Shown: in pieces, positions 18,928-29,500 of the stretch | Numbering within the stretch: the stretch's first letter is position 1 | How the letters are laid out: every line of letters begins with the position of its first letter | Program-made: the position numbers and the translations under genes | DNA from: a virus | Lineage: Duplodnaviria > Heunggongvirae > Uroviricota > Caudoviricetes | Direction: 5' to 3' (one strand) | IMG/VR virus record: IMGVR_UViG_3300029957_000005 | Location: 64,001 to 128,000 of that record | DNA: 64,000 nt | The notes under the pieces: generated by a model | What the model was told of the DNA's origin: nothing | Seen by the model: the letters and a program-made list of their open reading frames with translations, nothing else | The model's database searches: none

Positions 18928-19146
18928 TTACTTAGAGATCAGAGTGTAGGTCGTGGTCAGTTCGAAGATGGCGACCTGGGAACGCTCCCATCCATCTTCA
19001 TTCTTGATCTTGTCCAACCAGTCCAGGGCGTGTGTGGTCGAGAGGAACTGCTTGGCTTGCTTGATGTCCGGAGTTGCATTGTGCTCGTCGTGTATCCAAT
19101 ACCCTCTGTCTTTTTCTTTGAGGGCTACTGAAGTCTCGGACTGCAT
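18928..19146 (-). CDS. hypothetical protein
   Basis: 72 aa, first gene after early promoter 19177-19205. Confidence 0.55.
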   Translation of the reverse strand: MQSETSVALKEKDRGYWIHDEHNATPDIKQAKQFLSTTHALDWLDKIKNEDGWERSQVAIFELTTTYTLISK

Positions 19147-19176
19147 GATCTTCTCCGATTTCGATGCTACACAATG

Positions 19177-19205
19177 AATCTACCACATTTGAGAGGATTT
19201 GTAAA
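19177..19205 (-). promoter_or_regulatory. early promoter
   Basis: TTTACA-N17-TAGATT. Confidence 0.7.
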
Positions 19206-19278
19206 ATGAAAAGATTCTGGTCCGGCCTTTAACAAAATTACTCCAGGGACTCATTCTCGGTAATTTTATTTCAAGCTC

Positions 19279-19402
19279 TTGAAACAATGTTTCAAAGTAA
19301 TATTGTTTCAAGAATCAGCCGAAATTCAATAGATTATTACCGACGGATTTTATCGTTAGAGAACAATCACTTACAGGTGCTCGAGTAATATTGTTTCAAG
19401 AA
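19279..19402. repeat. TGTTTCAA repeat cluster: palindrome TTGAAACA-A-TGTTTCAA (19279-19295) and 19-bp direct repeat AGTAATATTGTTTCAAGAA (19296-19314, 19384-19402)
   Basis: Read directly; lies in an AT-rich non-coding gap between divergent blocks. Confidence 0.85.
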
Positions 19403-19656
19403 GCCACGAATCTTTGATCGTTTATTATCAGCCAGAATTGGTTAGATAGTCTCGTAATGTCTTTTTTCACTCTTGACGGAGAGCTTCAGCTCGGAGGCAG
19501 AGTGACCGCTGCTTCAGCAGCTGATTCCTTCAACATGAAGAATCAACCTTGGCTTCAGCCTTGAAGCTTCAGCTTCAATCACTACAGAATCTTTAACGTG
19601 TAGCGAGAGAGGGTTCAAATTCTGGATCTGCGATCCATCGGCTCCGCCGGACGTCA

Positions 19657-19663
19657 ATATATA
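19657..19663 (+). promoter_or_regulatory. late promoter, 5 nt before gp48 ATG
   Basis: ATATATA. Confidence 0.65.
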
Positions 19664-19668
19664 GGCAG

Positions 19669-20577
19669 ATGGAAGTCTTCGATCTAACCGGCGCAATCAC
19701 AACACAAGAAGAAACAAAGAGCGATCACTTCTCTGCAACTGAAGTGCCGGGCAATGTCACTTGGACTCAGATCAACGTGATCCAAGTTCGCAACAACACC
19801 ATGAATGGACCTACTGGTCTTCCGGGTATGGAGCAGATCGTCATCCCGACTTCTAAGAACAAGACCATCACTTCGACTCCCGGTGCAATCCCGACTGACT
19901 CAACTGGTTCTGACTCCAAACTGTCGGCTACCACCAGACTCACGTCCTCGATTGCTCTCCCACTTCCGACCAACTTGGTCTACTCTTCATCCAACGACTG
20001 GTCCGAAGAAGAGACCAACTTCCTTGAGAAGACCCTCGGCAAGGTGGCTAACGGAGGGATCCAGTCCGTTGCTGATGCTACCGGGAACATAGCCGACTTC
20101 GCCAAGAACAAGCTGATCAATATGGCCTCCATGACGGCCTTCAAGAAGTATGCTCAGAACTCAGGCTTCGCCGGAAATCCCTACAAGGAAGTCTACTACG
20201 GAGGCATTCGCTTCAGAACCTTCGCATGGCACTGGGAGCTGGCACCGAAGTCCGCTGCAGAAGCCAAGACCATCGAACGTCTTCTCTTCAGCCTCGAACT
20301 CGCTTCCCACCCAGAATTCCTCGGTGAGACCGACTCCTCAGCCTTCTGGATCCCGGACTCCTTTGAGGTTGAGTTCAAGGGCACGAACCTTCCGAAGCTT
20401 CAGCGTCTGGTCCTGACCTCCATGAATGTGGACTACTCCCAGTACGGGCCTAAGTTCATCGCCAATGGAAATCCGGCCTTCATCACCCTGGACCTGAACT
20501 TCATGGAAGTCGACATCCGTACCAAGAAGGAAGTCCGTGAGGCCTACGAAGGTCGCAATCTTCCGGAGATCTTCTAA
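19669..20577 (+). CDS. gp48: baseplate tail-tube cap (gp48-like)
   Basis: NPYKEVYYGGIRFRTFAWHWELAPKSAAEA...VLTSMNVDY...LDLNFMEVDI. Confidence 0.8.
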   Translation: MEVFDLTGAITTQEETKSDHFSATEVPGNVTWTQINVIQVRNNTMNGPTGLPGMEQIVIPTSKNKTITSTPGAIPTDSTGSDSKLSATTRLTSSIALPLPTNLVYSSSNDWSEEETNFLEKTLGKVANGGIQSVADATGNIADFAKNKLINMASMTAFKKYAQNSGFAGNPYKEVYYGGIRFRTFAWHWELAPKSAAEAKTIERLLFSLELASHPEFLGETDSSAFWIPDSFEVEFKGTNLPKLQRLVLTSMNVDYSQYGPKFIANGNPAFITLDLNFMEVDIRTKKEVREAYEGRNLPEIF

Positions 20578-21140
20578 TGTACTTCTCGCTCTTCCCGTCC
20601 CTGATCTATGATGATGCTCTCCTGGTCGATCTGTCCAGGAAGATCAATGCTATAGAGCTGGATGATCCAAAATTCCTCTATGACGAATACATCATCCAGA
20701 ATGGAGAGCGTCCGGATGTTCTCTCGAACAAGTTCTATGGGGTCCCTTACTATCACTGGGTTATTCTGGTCACCAATGGATTGACTCTCAAGACCTGGCC
20801 GAAGTCAGATCGTCGGTTGGACAACTACACCACCGACAAGTATGGAAGCGATCTCTACAAGACGGCCCAGTACTTCGATGATGCCGGCAATCCAGTTCCC
20901 TACTCCTTCCCACTGTCCATTGAGGACTCCAACGGAGACACTCAGAATTTCTGGTTCAACGGGGACGGCTACGGCGTAGTCCAAGGCAACGATGTCTTCG
21001 CAGTCGGAGAAACTGCGACGAGCAAGACCAACTTTGAACTCGAGACAGAATCAAATGATGCAAGAGCCAAGATCAGGATCTTGGACAAGTCCTTCCTAGG
21101 AAGCATCACGGATCTCGCTACGTCTCTACTGGCGGCGTAA
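20577..21140 (+). CDS. gp53: baseplate wedge subunit (gp53-like, LysM-type)
   Basis: YIIQNGERPDVLSNKFYGVPYYHWVILVTN. Confidence 0.85.
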   Translation: MYFSLFPSLIYDDALLVDLSRKINAIELDDPKFLYDEYIIQNGERPDVLSNKFYGVPYYHWVILVTNGLTLKTWPKSDRRLDNYTTDKYGSDLYKTAQYFDDAGNPVPYSFPLSIEDSNGDTQNFWFNGDGYGVVQGNDVFAVGETATSKTNFELETESNDARAKIRILDKSFLGSITDLATSLLAA

Positions 21141-21141
21141 C

Positions 21142-22491
21142 ATGGGTGTAACCCTCAACACAAAGACGTATTCCCAGAAGATTAACCAGTATCCGGGTTA
21201 CTATGAGATTACAAAGTTGGAGCTCACTTCGACTTTCGGCAAGAAGACGGATTTGCTTCCGTTCTTCCTTGAAATGAACCTCTTTGAGGATCTCAACTCA
21301 CCGACCCTCACCGGATCCATCTCCCTTCTCGACACCAAGAACCTGATCAAGAACACTCCGATCATCGGCGAAGAAATCGTGGAGGTTGTAGTTTCGGATC
21401 AGTATGCCAAGATGGACAAGAAGTTCAGGATCTACAAGATCTCGGATCGCAAGCAGCCGAACTACGGCGTTCTGTCCTACAACCTACATTTCTGTTCCGA
21501 GGAGCTCTACATCAATGCCTACCAGAGAGTGTCCAAGGCCTATCAAGCAGTTCACTATGAGGACGCCGTCAAGGACGTCCTGACGAACTATCTCAAGTCT
21601 GACAAAGAGATACTGGTTGGGACCACAAAGCTTCAACAGTCCTTCATCCTCCCGAACTGGTCTCCATTCTTTGCTACAAACTGGATGGCGTCGAGATCCC
21701 AAGACGATGCGTATGTCGGCGGCAACTTCATCTTCTACGAGGATCTGGAGCGCTTCAACTTCGTGGCCGTCGAGAACCTCCTGGACGAAACAAAGAACAA
21801 ACCCTTCGCCGAGGTCTCGATCGATCCGATGAGACCAACAGTGGATGGTCGTATTGCCTATGACTCCCGTCAGGCCAAGGACGTGATGCGCTTCGAGTCA
21901 ATGGAGGTATCCAAGTCTCTAGACGTCCTCGAGAACATGACCTTCGGAATGTACAAGAACATGGTTCGAGTCATCGACGTCGGTGTCCGTGGAACCATCA
22001 CCAAGACCTACGACTACGAAGCTGAGTTCGACTCGGCCGTTCACCTCAAGGGACTGGACGATAAGTCCTTTCCACTAGCCAGCTCCAATCACCTGAATGC
22101 AGCCTTCGACATCCAGATGGAGAACAACGTCTTCATCAAGTCCAAGGGTTTGTTCTCCAACGAGCCGGACGGAGGATTCCAGGTCGAAGATTGGTTCTCA
22201 CCTCGCCTGTCCCAGATGCACCAGATGAACAACTTCGTCATCCGCGGAACTCTTCCCGGTCAGATGGAGATGAAGGTCGGAATGATCGTCAAGTTCAAGA
22301 TGCCGAACCCAGAAAATCTGGACGTCGGTGGTGTGATTGAACCGGACAAGGCGTACTCCGGAAATTATCTGATCACCTCCCTCAGAAGGATCTTCCAGAA
22401 GAACAAGTTCTACTGTGTGGTCGAGATGATCAAGGACTCGATGGCCCTGGACCTTGATGAACTGAGTGGATCCAATGGCACACACCTATAA
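21142..22491 (+). CDS. baseplate hub protein (gp27/contractile-system gpD-like)
   Basis: EMNLFEDLNSPTLTGSISLLD; PGQMEMKVGMIV; YSGNYLITSLRR. Confidence 0.65.
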   Translation: MGVTLNTKTYSQKINQYPGYYEITKLELTSTFGKKTDLLPFFLEMNLFEDLNSPTLTGSISLLDTKNLIKNTPIIGEEIVEVVVSDQYAKMDKKFRIYKISDRKQPNYGVLSYNLHFCSEELYINAYQRVSKAYQAVHYEDAVKDVLTNYLKSDKEILVGTTKLQQSFILPNWSPFFATNWMASRSQDDAYVGGNFIFYEDLERFNFVAVENLLDETKNKPFAEVSIDPMRPTVDGRIAYDSRQAKDVMRFESMEVSKSLDVLENMTFGMYKNMVRVIDVGVRGTITKTYDYEAEFDSAVHLKGLDDKSFPLASSNHLNAAFDIQMENNVFIKSKGLFSNEPDGGFQVEDWFSPRLSQMHQMNNFVIRGTLPGQMEMKVGMIVKFKMPNPENLDVGGVIEPDKAYSGNYLITSLRRIFQKNKFYCVVEMIKDSMALDLDELSGSNGTHL

Positions 22492-22912
22492 GGGCCTCTA
22501 CGAAGTCCAGAATCCAGAGAAGTACATTGGTGATTCTAAGAACGTAGTGTATCGCTCTTCTTGGGAGCTCAAGTTCTCAAAGTACCTCGACCACAATCAC
22601 AATGTAAAGAGATGGGCATCCGAGGAGATGGCCATTCCATACTACTACCCACTGGACGAGAAGATGCATCGCTACTTCCCGGACTACTATGTTGAATTCA
22701 CCAACAAGAAAATCTCGGTCATAGAGATTAAGCCGTTCGCTGAGACAATGCAGCCCATTCTCAAGAAGGGCGGGAACAAGAGGGTCTTTGGAGATCGACT
22801 CGCAACCTACATGAAGAACTGCGCCAAGTGGGATGCAGCCAAGGCTTTCTGTCTGGAGCGAGGTTGGACCTTCCACGTCTTCACCGAGAAGAGCCTAGCA
22901 CTTCTTAGATAG
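22475..22912 (+). CDS. gp4: head completion protein (gp4)
   Basis: YKGLYEVQNPEKYIGD..VVYRSSWE...HRYFPD...IEIKP...KWDAA; ATG at 22475. Confidence 0.92.
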   Translation: MAHTYKGLYEVQNPEKYIGDSKNVVYRSSWELKFSKYLDHNHNVKRWASEEMAIPYYYPLDEKMHRYFPDYYVEFTNKKISVIEIKPFAETMQPILKKGGNKRVFGDRLATYMKNCAKWDAAKAFCLERGWTFHVFTEKSLALLR

Positions 22913-22915
22913 ATA
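22909..22915 (+). promoter_or_regulatory. late promoter, 5 nt before gp25 ATG
   Basis: ATAGATA. Confidence 0.65.
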
Positions 22916-22920
22916 CTCGA

Positions 22921-23301
22921 ATGCCTTTCATCGAGAAATATACCGATCTGGACATGTCCTTCCGAAGGACTTTTAGGAACGACGTCCGTAAGAAGGTCGA
23001 CGAAGAGGCCATCAATCAACACCTGAGACTTTTGATCCTCACCGAACAGGACGAGATCCCATTTGAGAACAACGTCTCCGCCGACGTTCGCAATCTTCTC
23101 TTTGAGAACTACACCGTCCCGGTCCAGGAGGCTCTGTCCTCTACCATCCGAAACATCCTCAAGCAGTATGAGCCTAGAATCACTGTTCAGGACGTCATAA
23201 ATACAGCGAACGGAAACGATCTCGAACTGACTGTAACATACGTCATCAAGCAAACTCGAGTGGTCGGTCAGTTCAAAACGATCCTGAAGAGAGCCCACTA
23301 G
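22921..23301 (+). CDS. gp25: baseplate wedge subunit (gp25)
   Basis: YTDLDMSF, AINQHLRLLILT, YEPRITV. Confidence 0.85.
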   Translation: MPFIEKYTDLDMSFRRTFRNDVRKKVDEEAINQHLRLLILTEQDEIPFENNVSADVRNLLFENYTVPVQEALSSTIRNILKQYEPRITVQDVINTANGNDLELTVTYVIKQTRVVGQFKTILKRAH

Positions 23302-23302
23302 A

Positions 23303-25006
23303 TTGTACCTGCAGAAGCTAGACGCATCCACCATCAAGGATAATTTCCGTGCCTTCCTGAAGACTCAGGACGAGTTCACGGATTACGATATGACTCAGTC
23401 AGGAATGGACTCCCTCCTGACCACCTTCGCTTATGCAATCCACTATGATGCCTATCAGGCCAACTCGTCCAATGCCGAGATGTTCCTGTCCTCCGCCCAG
23501 CTCCGCAAGAACGTCACCGGACGCGCGAAGATGCTCAAGTATCTTCCGAAGAGCAGGACCTCCGCCGTCTCGATCATCAACGTGATCGTGGACGAGCGTG
23601 ATGGACAAACCCTCCCGACCACTCTCTTCATGCCGAAGGGAACGGTCTTTGCCGTCTCGGCTAATCTGACCAAGACCTACTACTTCTCGACTCGTGAGTC
23701 CTATACGGCTTCCAAGGTCGGAACCACTTTCATCTTCGAGGACGTCAAGGTCTACGAAGGCCTCTATTCGAATGCCTACCAGAAGTACGAGAACGGGTTC
23801 ATCTCGACCATTCCGGATCCGAACATCGACACCTCATCGGTAGAAGTCTTCGTCCAGGAGGATCCGAACTCAAGCGTCTTCCAGGACTACGAGAAGGTCG
23901 ACTCCATTCTCAACCTGAGAGGCACCGATCGAGTCTTCTATCTCGAAGAGAACTTCGACGAACTCTATGGGATCTACTTTGGTGATGGACTCCTCGGAAA
24001 GAAAGTTGCTGACAACACCAACGTTCTGGTCACCTTCCAGACCTGCTCTGGACTGGACGGCAACGATCTTTCCGGGTTCTCCTTCGTCAAGTCTCCGTCA
24101 AAGACCGATCCGATCAACTCCGGTCGTGTGACGACCTTCACCAAGGCCTCTTCATCCGGTGGTGCAGAGCGTGAGTCCATCGACTCCATCAAGTTCAATG
24201 CGCCAAAGTACTTCTCGACGCAAGGCGTGATCATCAACGAGGACGCGGCCAACTACGTTGTTCCAAACCTCTACCCGGACATCAAGTCCGTGAACCTCTG
24301 GTCCGGCAAGGGCGTCTCGTTCGGAAAGACCTACATCTCTCTCAACCCATACGAGGACAATCTTACCGACGAACGCATCGCCGAGATCCTTGCCGATCTT
24401 GAGCGCAGACGCATGGTCGTCCTCACTTCCTTGGAGTATGTAGCGCCAACCTATCTGGATCTAGAGATCAGGCTGAATGTATTCTTCGATGGAACCAAGT
24501 CCATTACAGAGATCGAGACCGATCTTTATGAAAGAATACTTGCATATTCCAAGAACAATATCGAGGATTACAAGAAGAGTTTCATTTCTTCGAAGTTCAT
24601 CACCGAGATCACTCCAACTCTTCTTGGCTACGACTTCTCGCTCGGCGTCATCTCTCGTCAGACCGTCTACCCGAACTCCCTGGAGTCCTATGGGTTCAAC
24701 TTCTACAACGAGATCAAGACCCTCGTCTCGAACGACTTCACCTTCCAGGGATCCACTTCGTCCCTGATCTCGGATGGCTCGACCCTCAAGATCATCTCTG
24801 ATACCGGATCGGTCAAGAGAACCAACGCTGGTTCGATCGATCTCTCCACCGGAAAAGGAACAGTCCAGGGAGTGAACATTCAGGCGATCACCGCCAACAC
24901 CTTTGAGATCAAGGCAGAACCAGTCCGTGAGTCCATCTTCGCCAAGGAGAATTCCATCTGCAGGATCCTCGAAGGCGACATCAAGATTAGTTATGAGGTC
25001 CTATGA
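23303..25006 (+). CDS. gp6: baseplate wedge subunit (gp6)
   Basis: FLKTQDEFTDYD, EMFLSSAQLRKNV, GGAERESIDSIKFNAP; TTG start. Confidence 0.88.
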   Translation: MYLQKLDASTIKDNFRAFLKTQDEFTDYDMTQSGMDSLLTTFAYAIHYDAYQANSSNAEMFLSSAQLRKNVTGRAKMLKYLPKSRTSAVSIINVIVDERDGQTLPTTLFMPKGTVFAVSANLTKTYYFSTRESYTASKVGTTFIFEDVKVYEGLYSNAYQKYENGFISTIPDPNIDTSSVEVFVQEDPNSSVFQDYEKVDSILNLRGTDRVFYLEENFDELYGIYFGDGLLGKKVADNTNVLVTFQTCSGLDGNDLSGFSFVKSPSKTDPINSGRVTTFTKASSSGGAERESIDSIKFNAPKYFSTQGVIINEDAANYVVPNLYPDIKSVNLWSGKGVSFGKTYISLNPYEDNLTDERIAEILADLERRRMVVLTSLEYVAPTYLDLEIRLNVFFDGTKSITEIETDLYERILAYSKNNIEDYKKSFISSKFITEITPTLLGYDFSLGVISRQTVYPNSLESYGFNFYNEIKTLVSNDFTFQGSTSSLISDGSTLKIISDTGSVKRTNAGSIDLSTGKGTVQGVNIQAITANTFEIKAEPVRESIFAKENSICRILEGDIKISYEVL

Positions 25007-25851
25007 AGTATCCCGTAAATCTGGACGAGGCTAAGCTACCGCTTCGTCTCATCTTCGGCGTCGAATACATCTTCACGGCAAGCAACCCGATCTTCTTCTC
25101 GACCTCCGAGACACAGATTGTTCTCTATCACAAGTGCATCGGTAATGGAACAACGGAAGTATACTTCGTTCCAGACAAGACCATGGCTTCTGACGACGTC
25201 TGGTTGAACTACGGAACCTCCACGAAGGTTGAGTTCGACTATAATGAGTTCGTTCTAGCCGATCATCAGGTAGACTTTACTCCGGACTACTTCGAGGACG
25301 AGTATCCTCTCTTCGTAAAGCTTCTCGAATACTACCTCCGCTACATCGGTCTTCCGGACCAGCCTTCCGGCTTCATTCACTCTCTCGAGAAGTTCGCCCA
25401 CATCGATGAGACCTTCGATGCGTTTTTGACCTACATGTACGATGAAGTACTTCACTACTTCCCGGCTGATACTGCCGCGGACAAGAAGATCCTTGCCAAG
25501 TACATTGTGGACTTCTATGCAGCGAGAGGCACCGAGGACTCTATTGCCTTCCTGATCTACGTCCTCACCGGACAAGAAGGTTTGATCGTCAAGGGACGCA
25601 ACAACGTCCTGATCGCCTCAAGCAAGGTTCAAGGCAAGATCTCTGATCTCGGAGTAGTTCTCCAGGACAACTACTTCAATTCCCTCTTCGCCTATGCGAT
25701 CTACTTGAGGGATGTGGACTTCAGAAAGTACAAGGACGTCCTGTACAAGTTGGTCAACCCGGACGGATATCTTCCATTCGGTGTGAGCATTCATCAGACT
25801 GTTTCTCTCACGGTGGTGAATACTCCTACGGTCATCGAACCGGTTGCATAA
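25003..25851 (+). CDS. baseplate wedge protein (gp7-like)
   Basis: DFYAARGTEDSIAFL, LQDNYFNSLFAY, LVNPDG; between gp6 and gp8. Confidence 0.65.
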   Translation: MKYPVNLDEAKLPLRLIFGVEYIFTASNPIFFSTSETQIVLYHKCIGNGTTEVYFVPDKTMASDDVWLNYGTSTKVEFDYNEFVLADHQVDFTPDYFEDEYPLFVKLLEYYLRYIGLPDQPSGFIHSLEKFAHIDETFDAFLTYMYDEVLHYFPADTAADKKILAKYIVDFYAARGTEDSIAFLIYVLTGQEGLIVKGRNNVLIASSKVQGKISDLGVVLQDNYFNSLFAYAIYLRDVDFRKYKDVLYKLVNPDGYLPFGVSIHQTVSLTVVNTPTVIEPVA

Positions 25852-25854
25852 ATA
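25848..25854 (+). promoter_or_regulatory. late promoter, 6 nt before gp8 ATG
   Basis: ATAAATA. Confidence 0.65.
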
Positions 25855-25860
25855 TTCTCC

Positions 25861-26580
25861 ATGATCAATCAAATCTCGGCCAGAGTCCTGACCATCGTTT
25901 CGGTCCTGGATGCCATCACATCAGGAAATCTCTTTTCCTTCGCTGCAAAGAAGACGGCATGGCCGGATGAAGACAATCCACCGGCTCCGGCTGATGTGAC
26001 CCTCTCAGCCATCATGGCGGACGTTCTATTCTCCAAGAGGGTCGACAACAAGGACATCAGGTTCCTGGTCCCAAGAGTCAATTGGATCACAGCCACTGCC
26101 TATGCTCTCGGAGATGTGATCATGACTGCAGAGAACCACGTCTATCTCTGCACTACCGCAGGGACGTCACAGACGGCGCCTACGCACGTAACCGGTACCC
26201 AGGTTGAAAGTCCTGGCTCCGTTGGATGGAAGTTCCTAGAAACCGTCTCCCCTGCTGTTCTAACGGTGTATGGCGACTCTGGCTCTTGGACTCCACTATC
26301 CTTCGCCTCCGAAGAGATCTTCTGGACAGCCAAGCCGACCAAGATCAGGATCGCCTTCTCCATTATCGGGGACGAGAACTCTTTCTTCCCGTTGGCCCAG
26401 TCCTATCGAGTGGTTGGTGTCTATGCCAACCCATTCCTGAGAGCCGTTCGCAACAAGATTACGGATTCTTCTGACTTCACAAAGTACGGTGCCCTGTTCG
26501 GCATAAATACGATGACTCCTATCATGAGGACTGCCGATCAAGTCGACCAGTTCGTATTTGACGTAGACCTTCCAGCTTAA
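25861..26580 (+). CDS. gp8: baseplate wedge subunit (gp8-like)
   Basis: WPDEDNPPAP, LVPRVNW, VYLC...PTH...WKFL, YRVVGVYANP. Confidence 0.75.
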   Translation: MINQISARVLTIVSVLDAITSGNLFSFAAKKTAWPDEDNPPAPADVTLSAIMADVLFSKRVDNKDIRFLVPRVNWITATAYALGDVIMTAENHVYLCTTAGTSQTAPTHVTGTQVESPGSVGWKFLETVSPAVLTVYGDSGSWTPLSFASEEIFWTAKPTKIRIAFSIIGDENSFFPLAQSYRVVGVYANPFLRAVRNKITDSSDFTKYGALFGINTMTPIMRTADQVDQFVFDVDLPA

Positions 26581-26588
26581 GAGAAATA

Positions 26589-29500
26589 ATGGCAACCCCA
26601 AGCGACCTCAGATCCCAGGCTCCGTATCTCGACGATTTCGACGAGACCAAGAATTTCCATCAGATGGCGTTCGTACCAGAGCGTGCAGTCCAGGCTCGTG
26701 AGCTCACTGGTCTTCAGTCCATCCTCGGACATCAGATCGGCGTTCATGCAAAGGCCATCTACAAGGATGGAACTCAGGTCATCGGCGGCGTCCTGTCTCC
26801 GAAGAAGATCGTCTACATCAAGATCGATGACGACTTTGGCGGCTTCCCGGTAGTCGTCGAGGAATTCCTCGGTCAGACTGTCATCGAACTGGACGGAACG
26901 GACACCCCAACCGGTAAGGTTGGAACGGTCATCACCGCAAAAAACGACGGATCTCAGAAGTCCATCTTCGTTTCTCCGGATCTTCCGTTCACCGCCGGCA
27001 ACAAGATCCAGATCTCTGGTCAGTCCGTCTTTGCAACCGTCACCGACTCCGGAAACTGCTTCTACCTCGGCCTGAATGCTGGTGAGTTCTTCTACAACAA
27101 CACCTTCATCAACGTCCCACAGCAGGGCATCATCCTTGAGGACTTCAATTCGGCTCCTACCGGAACTGCCGGACTGATCTGGACCTCGGATATCGTCACT
27201 GCCCAGGAAGACAATTCACTCTTCGATCCGGCTCGTGGTGCAACCAACTTCGGCTCCCCGGGTGCAGACAGAATCAGAACCGTCGGAACCCTCGTCTATG
27301 TGGCTGAGGGAGATGTAGCTCCGGATACCTACTCGCCTCTCTACGAGATCCGAGACGGCAACACCAAGACCGAGTCCTCGACCACCATCTATTCCGATCT
27401 GGCCAAGGAGCTGGCACGTCGTACGTTCGACGAGTCCGGCAACTACACCGTCAACCCATTCCAGCTGACCCTCGAGGACGGCATCTACAATCGCATTCGT
27501 TCGGTCTCCACTCTCGGAGTCGTCGAGACCTATGCGGTGATCGACATCCCAGCAACCGGCAAGATCATCGTCGATGGGGATCCAACCTACGACGGCGAAT
27601 ACGACATCGTCGAAATCATCGATGCGACTCACTTCAAGACGTCCTTCACGCCAGCAACTGCTCTCGATGGAACGGCCGGCCTGACCTTCAGGATCGAGTC
27701 CAAGTTCTCTATCGAACTCGGCAAGGGCAAGGCATACGTTCGTGGCTTTGAACTGACCAAGATCGGCACCACCGAAGTTCCGGTCGATCGTGCTCGCGAC
27801 ACGGCCCTCGTAGAGAACTACAATCTCGTTCCGATCCTCGGAAACTACGTCATTGTGACCAATATGGCCGGTGATCTTCCAGTCGGCAACGGCGTCCAGT
27901 CAGTCAACTTCTATTCTGCAGCGGGTGGAACTGGAACTCTGATCGGAACCGGTCGAGTCTCCTTCATTCGCTACCAGTCTGGAACGAACGGCGACACCGC
28001 AGCAAAGTACCGTCTGTACTTCCTGTCCATCGCCATGGGTGCAGGCTATGCCTTTGAGAACGTCCTGTCTGTAAAGACCGGCTCGGGCTTCCTTGCCAAC
28101 ATCGCAACGGACTCCATCGTCTCCGGCAAGACCATCCTGAACTCTTCATCGGCAACGAGCCTTCTCTACGTCATCCCACAGGATGGTGTCGCGACTCTCC
28201 AGCCGGGTGGTTCACCTTCGACCTCCTACACCAGAATCCAGCAGTTCTCCGGAGCAGCAACCGGATCCTCGATTCAGTTCTCGATCGGAGCTGGAACCGG
28301 AGCGTCCTTCTACGGACCAGTCGGAGGAGACTTCGCCGGATCGGATACCGAACTCACCCTCTATCACTTCGTGAACACCACGACCGGTGCGACTCTGAAC
28401 GTAACGAGCTTGATCATCTCCAATGGTGGTCTGACCCTCACGGCAGTCTTTGGATCAGCCGGTGGAAACGTCTCGCTCGTCGCCCCCGTCCAGCTCGCAA
28501 ACACTTCACCGAAGACCAAGACCATTTCGTCCGGAACGACCACCGCCGCCGGAACCGCTCTGGACTCCACGGACACCATCATCCTTGATCACTACGACGT
28601 CAAGAAGCTGAACTCGATCACCAAGAATTCGGTGAACGTCACCGATCGCTTCACCTGGAACGGTGGACAGAACGACCTAACCTATGAGTTCGGATCGGTG
28701 ACTCTCAAGCCAGGTCAGACGCTTCCTACTGGAGGAACGTTCTCGATCAACTACGACTACTACGTCCACTCCGGAACCGGATACTTCTCAGTCGACTCCT
28801 ATCCAGAAGATCGTAAGGACATTCCGTCCTACACCTTCAAGTCCTCTGGAGTCACCATCGATCTGGCCAATGCCATCGACTTCCGTGTTGTTGGATCCAC
28901 CGGCATCATTCCAGTCCCGAACGTTCCGATCTCCTCGGACTACGACTTCTACCTCGCTCGCATCGACGTCGTAGTTCTCTACTCCTCCGGAGACTTCGGA
29001 ATCATCCGTGGTACTCCTTCTCAGAACCCGGTCACCCCGAAGGTTCCAGAAGACGCCATGACCTTGTACTACCTGAACATCCCGCCGTTCACCAAGAATG
29101 GTACGGACACTCAGACCGTCTACAAGGACAACAAGCGCTACACCATGGCCGACATCGGTGTCATCGACAAGCGCGTCACTCGTCTTGAGTACTACACCGC
29201 CCTTTCTCTTCTTGAGATGGACACCAAGAACTCGCCGATCTACGATGAGGCCGGTCTCGAGCGCTTCAAGAACGGTATCCTCGTAGACTCCTTTACCGGA
29301 CACGGCGTCGGCAACGTCTACTCCGGAGACTACAAGTGCGCCGTCGATGAGGACAACAACTACTGCCGTCCTCCATTCAAGATGGACGATACTTCTCTCT
29401 CGGTGTTCTCCAAGACTGCACTTCAGTCCAACGACAACTCCAAGGCTCGCATCGGTGAGGTCATCACTCTTCCTTACACCGAAGAGTCCTTCCTGTTCAA

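Noticed and set aside
19514-19696. 60-aa minus-strand ORF in the non-coding gap
   Set aside because: No SD, overlaps the gp48 start and late promoter, and follows the GCTTCAGC repeats; cannot be fully excluded
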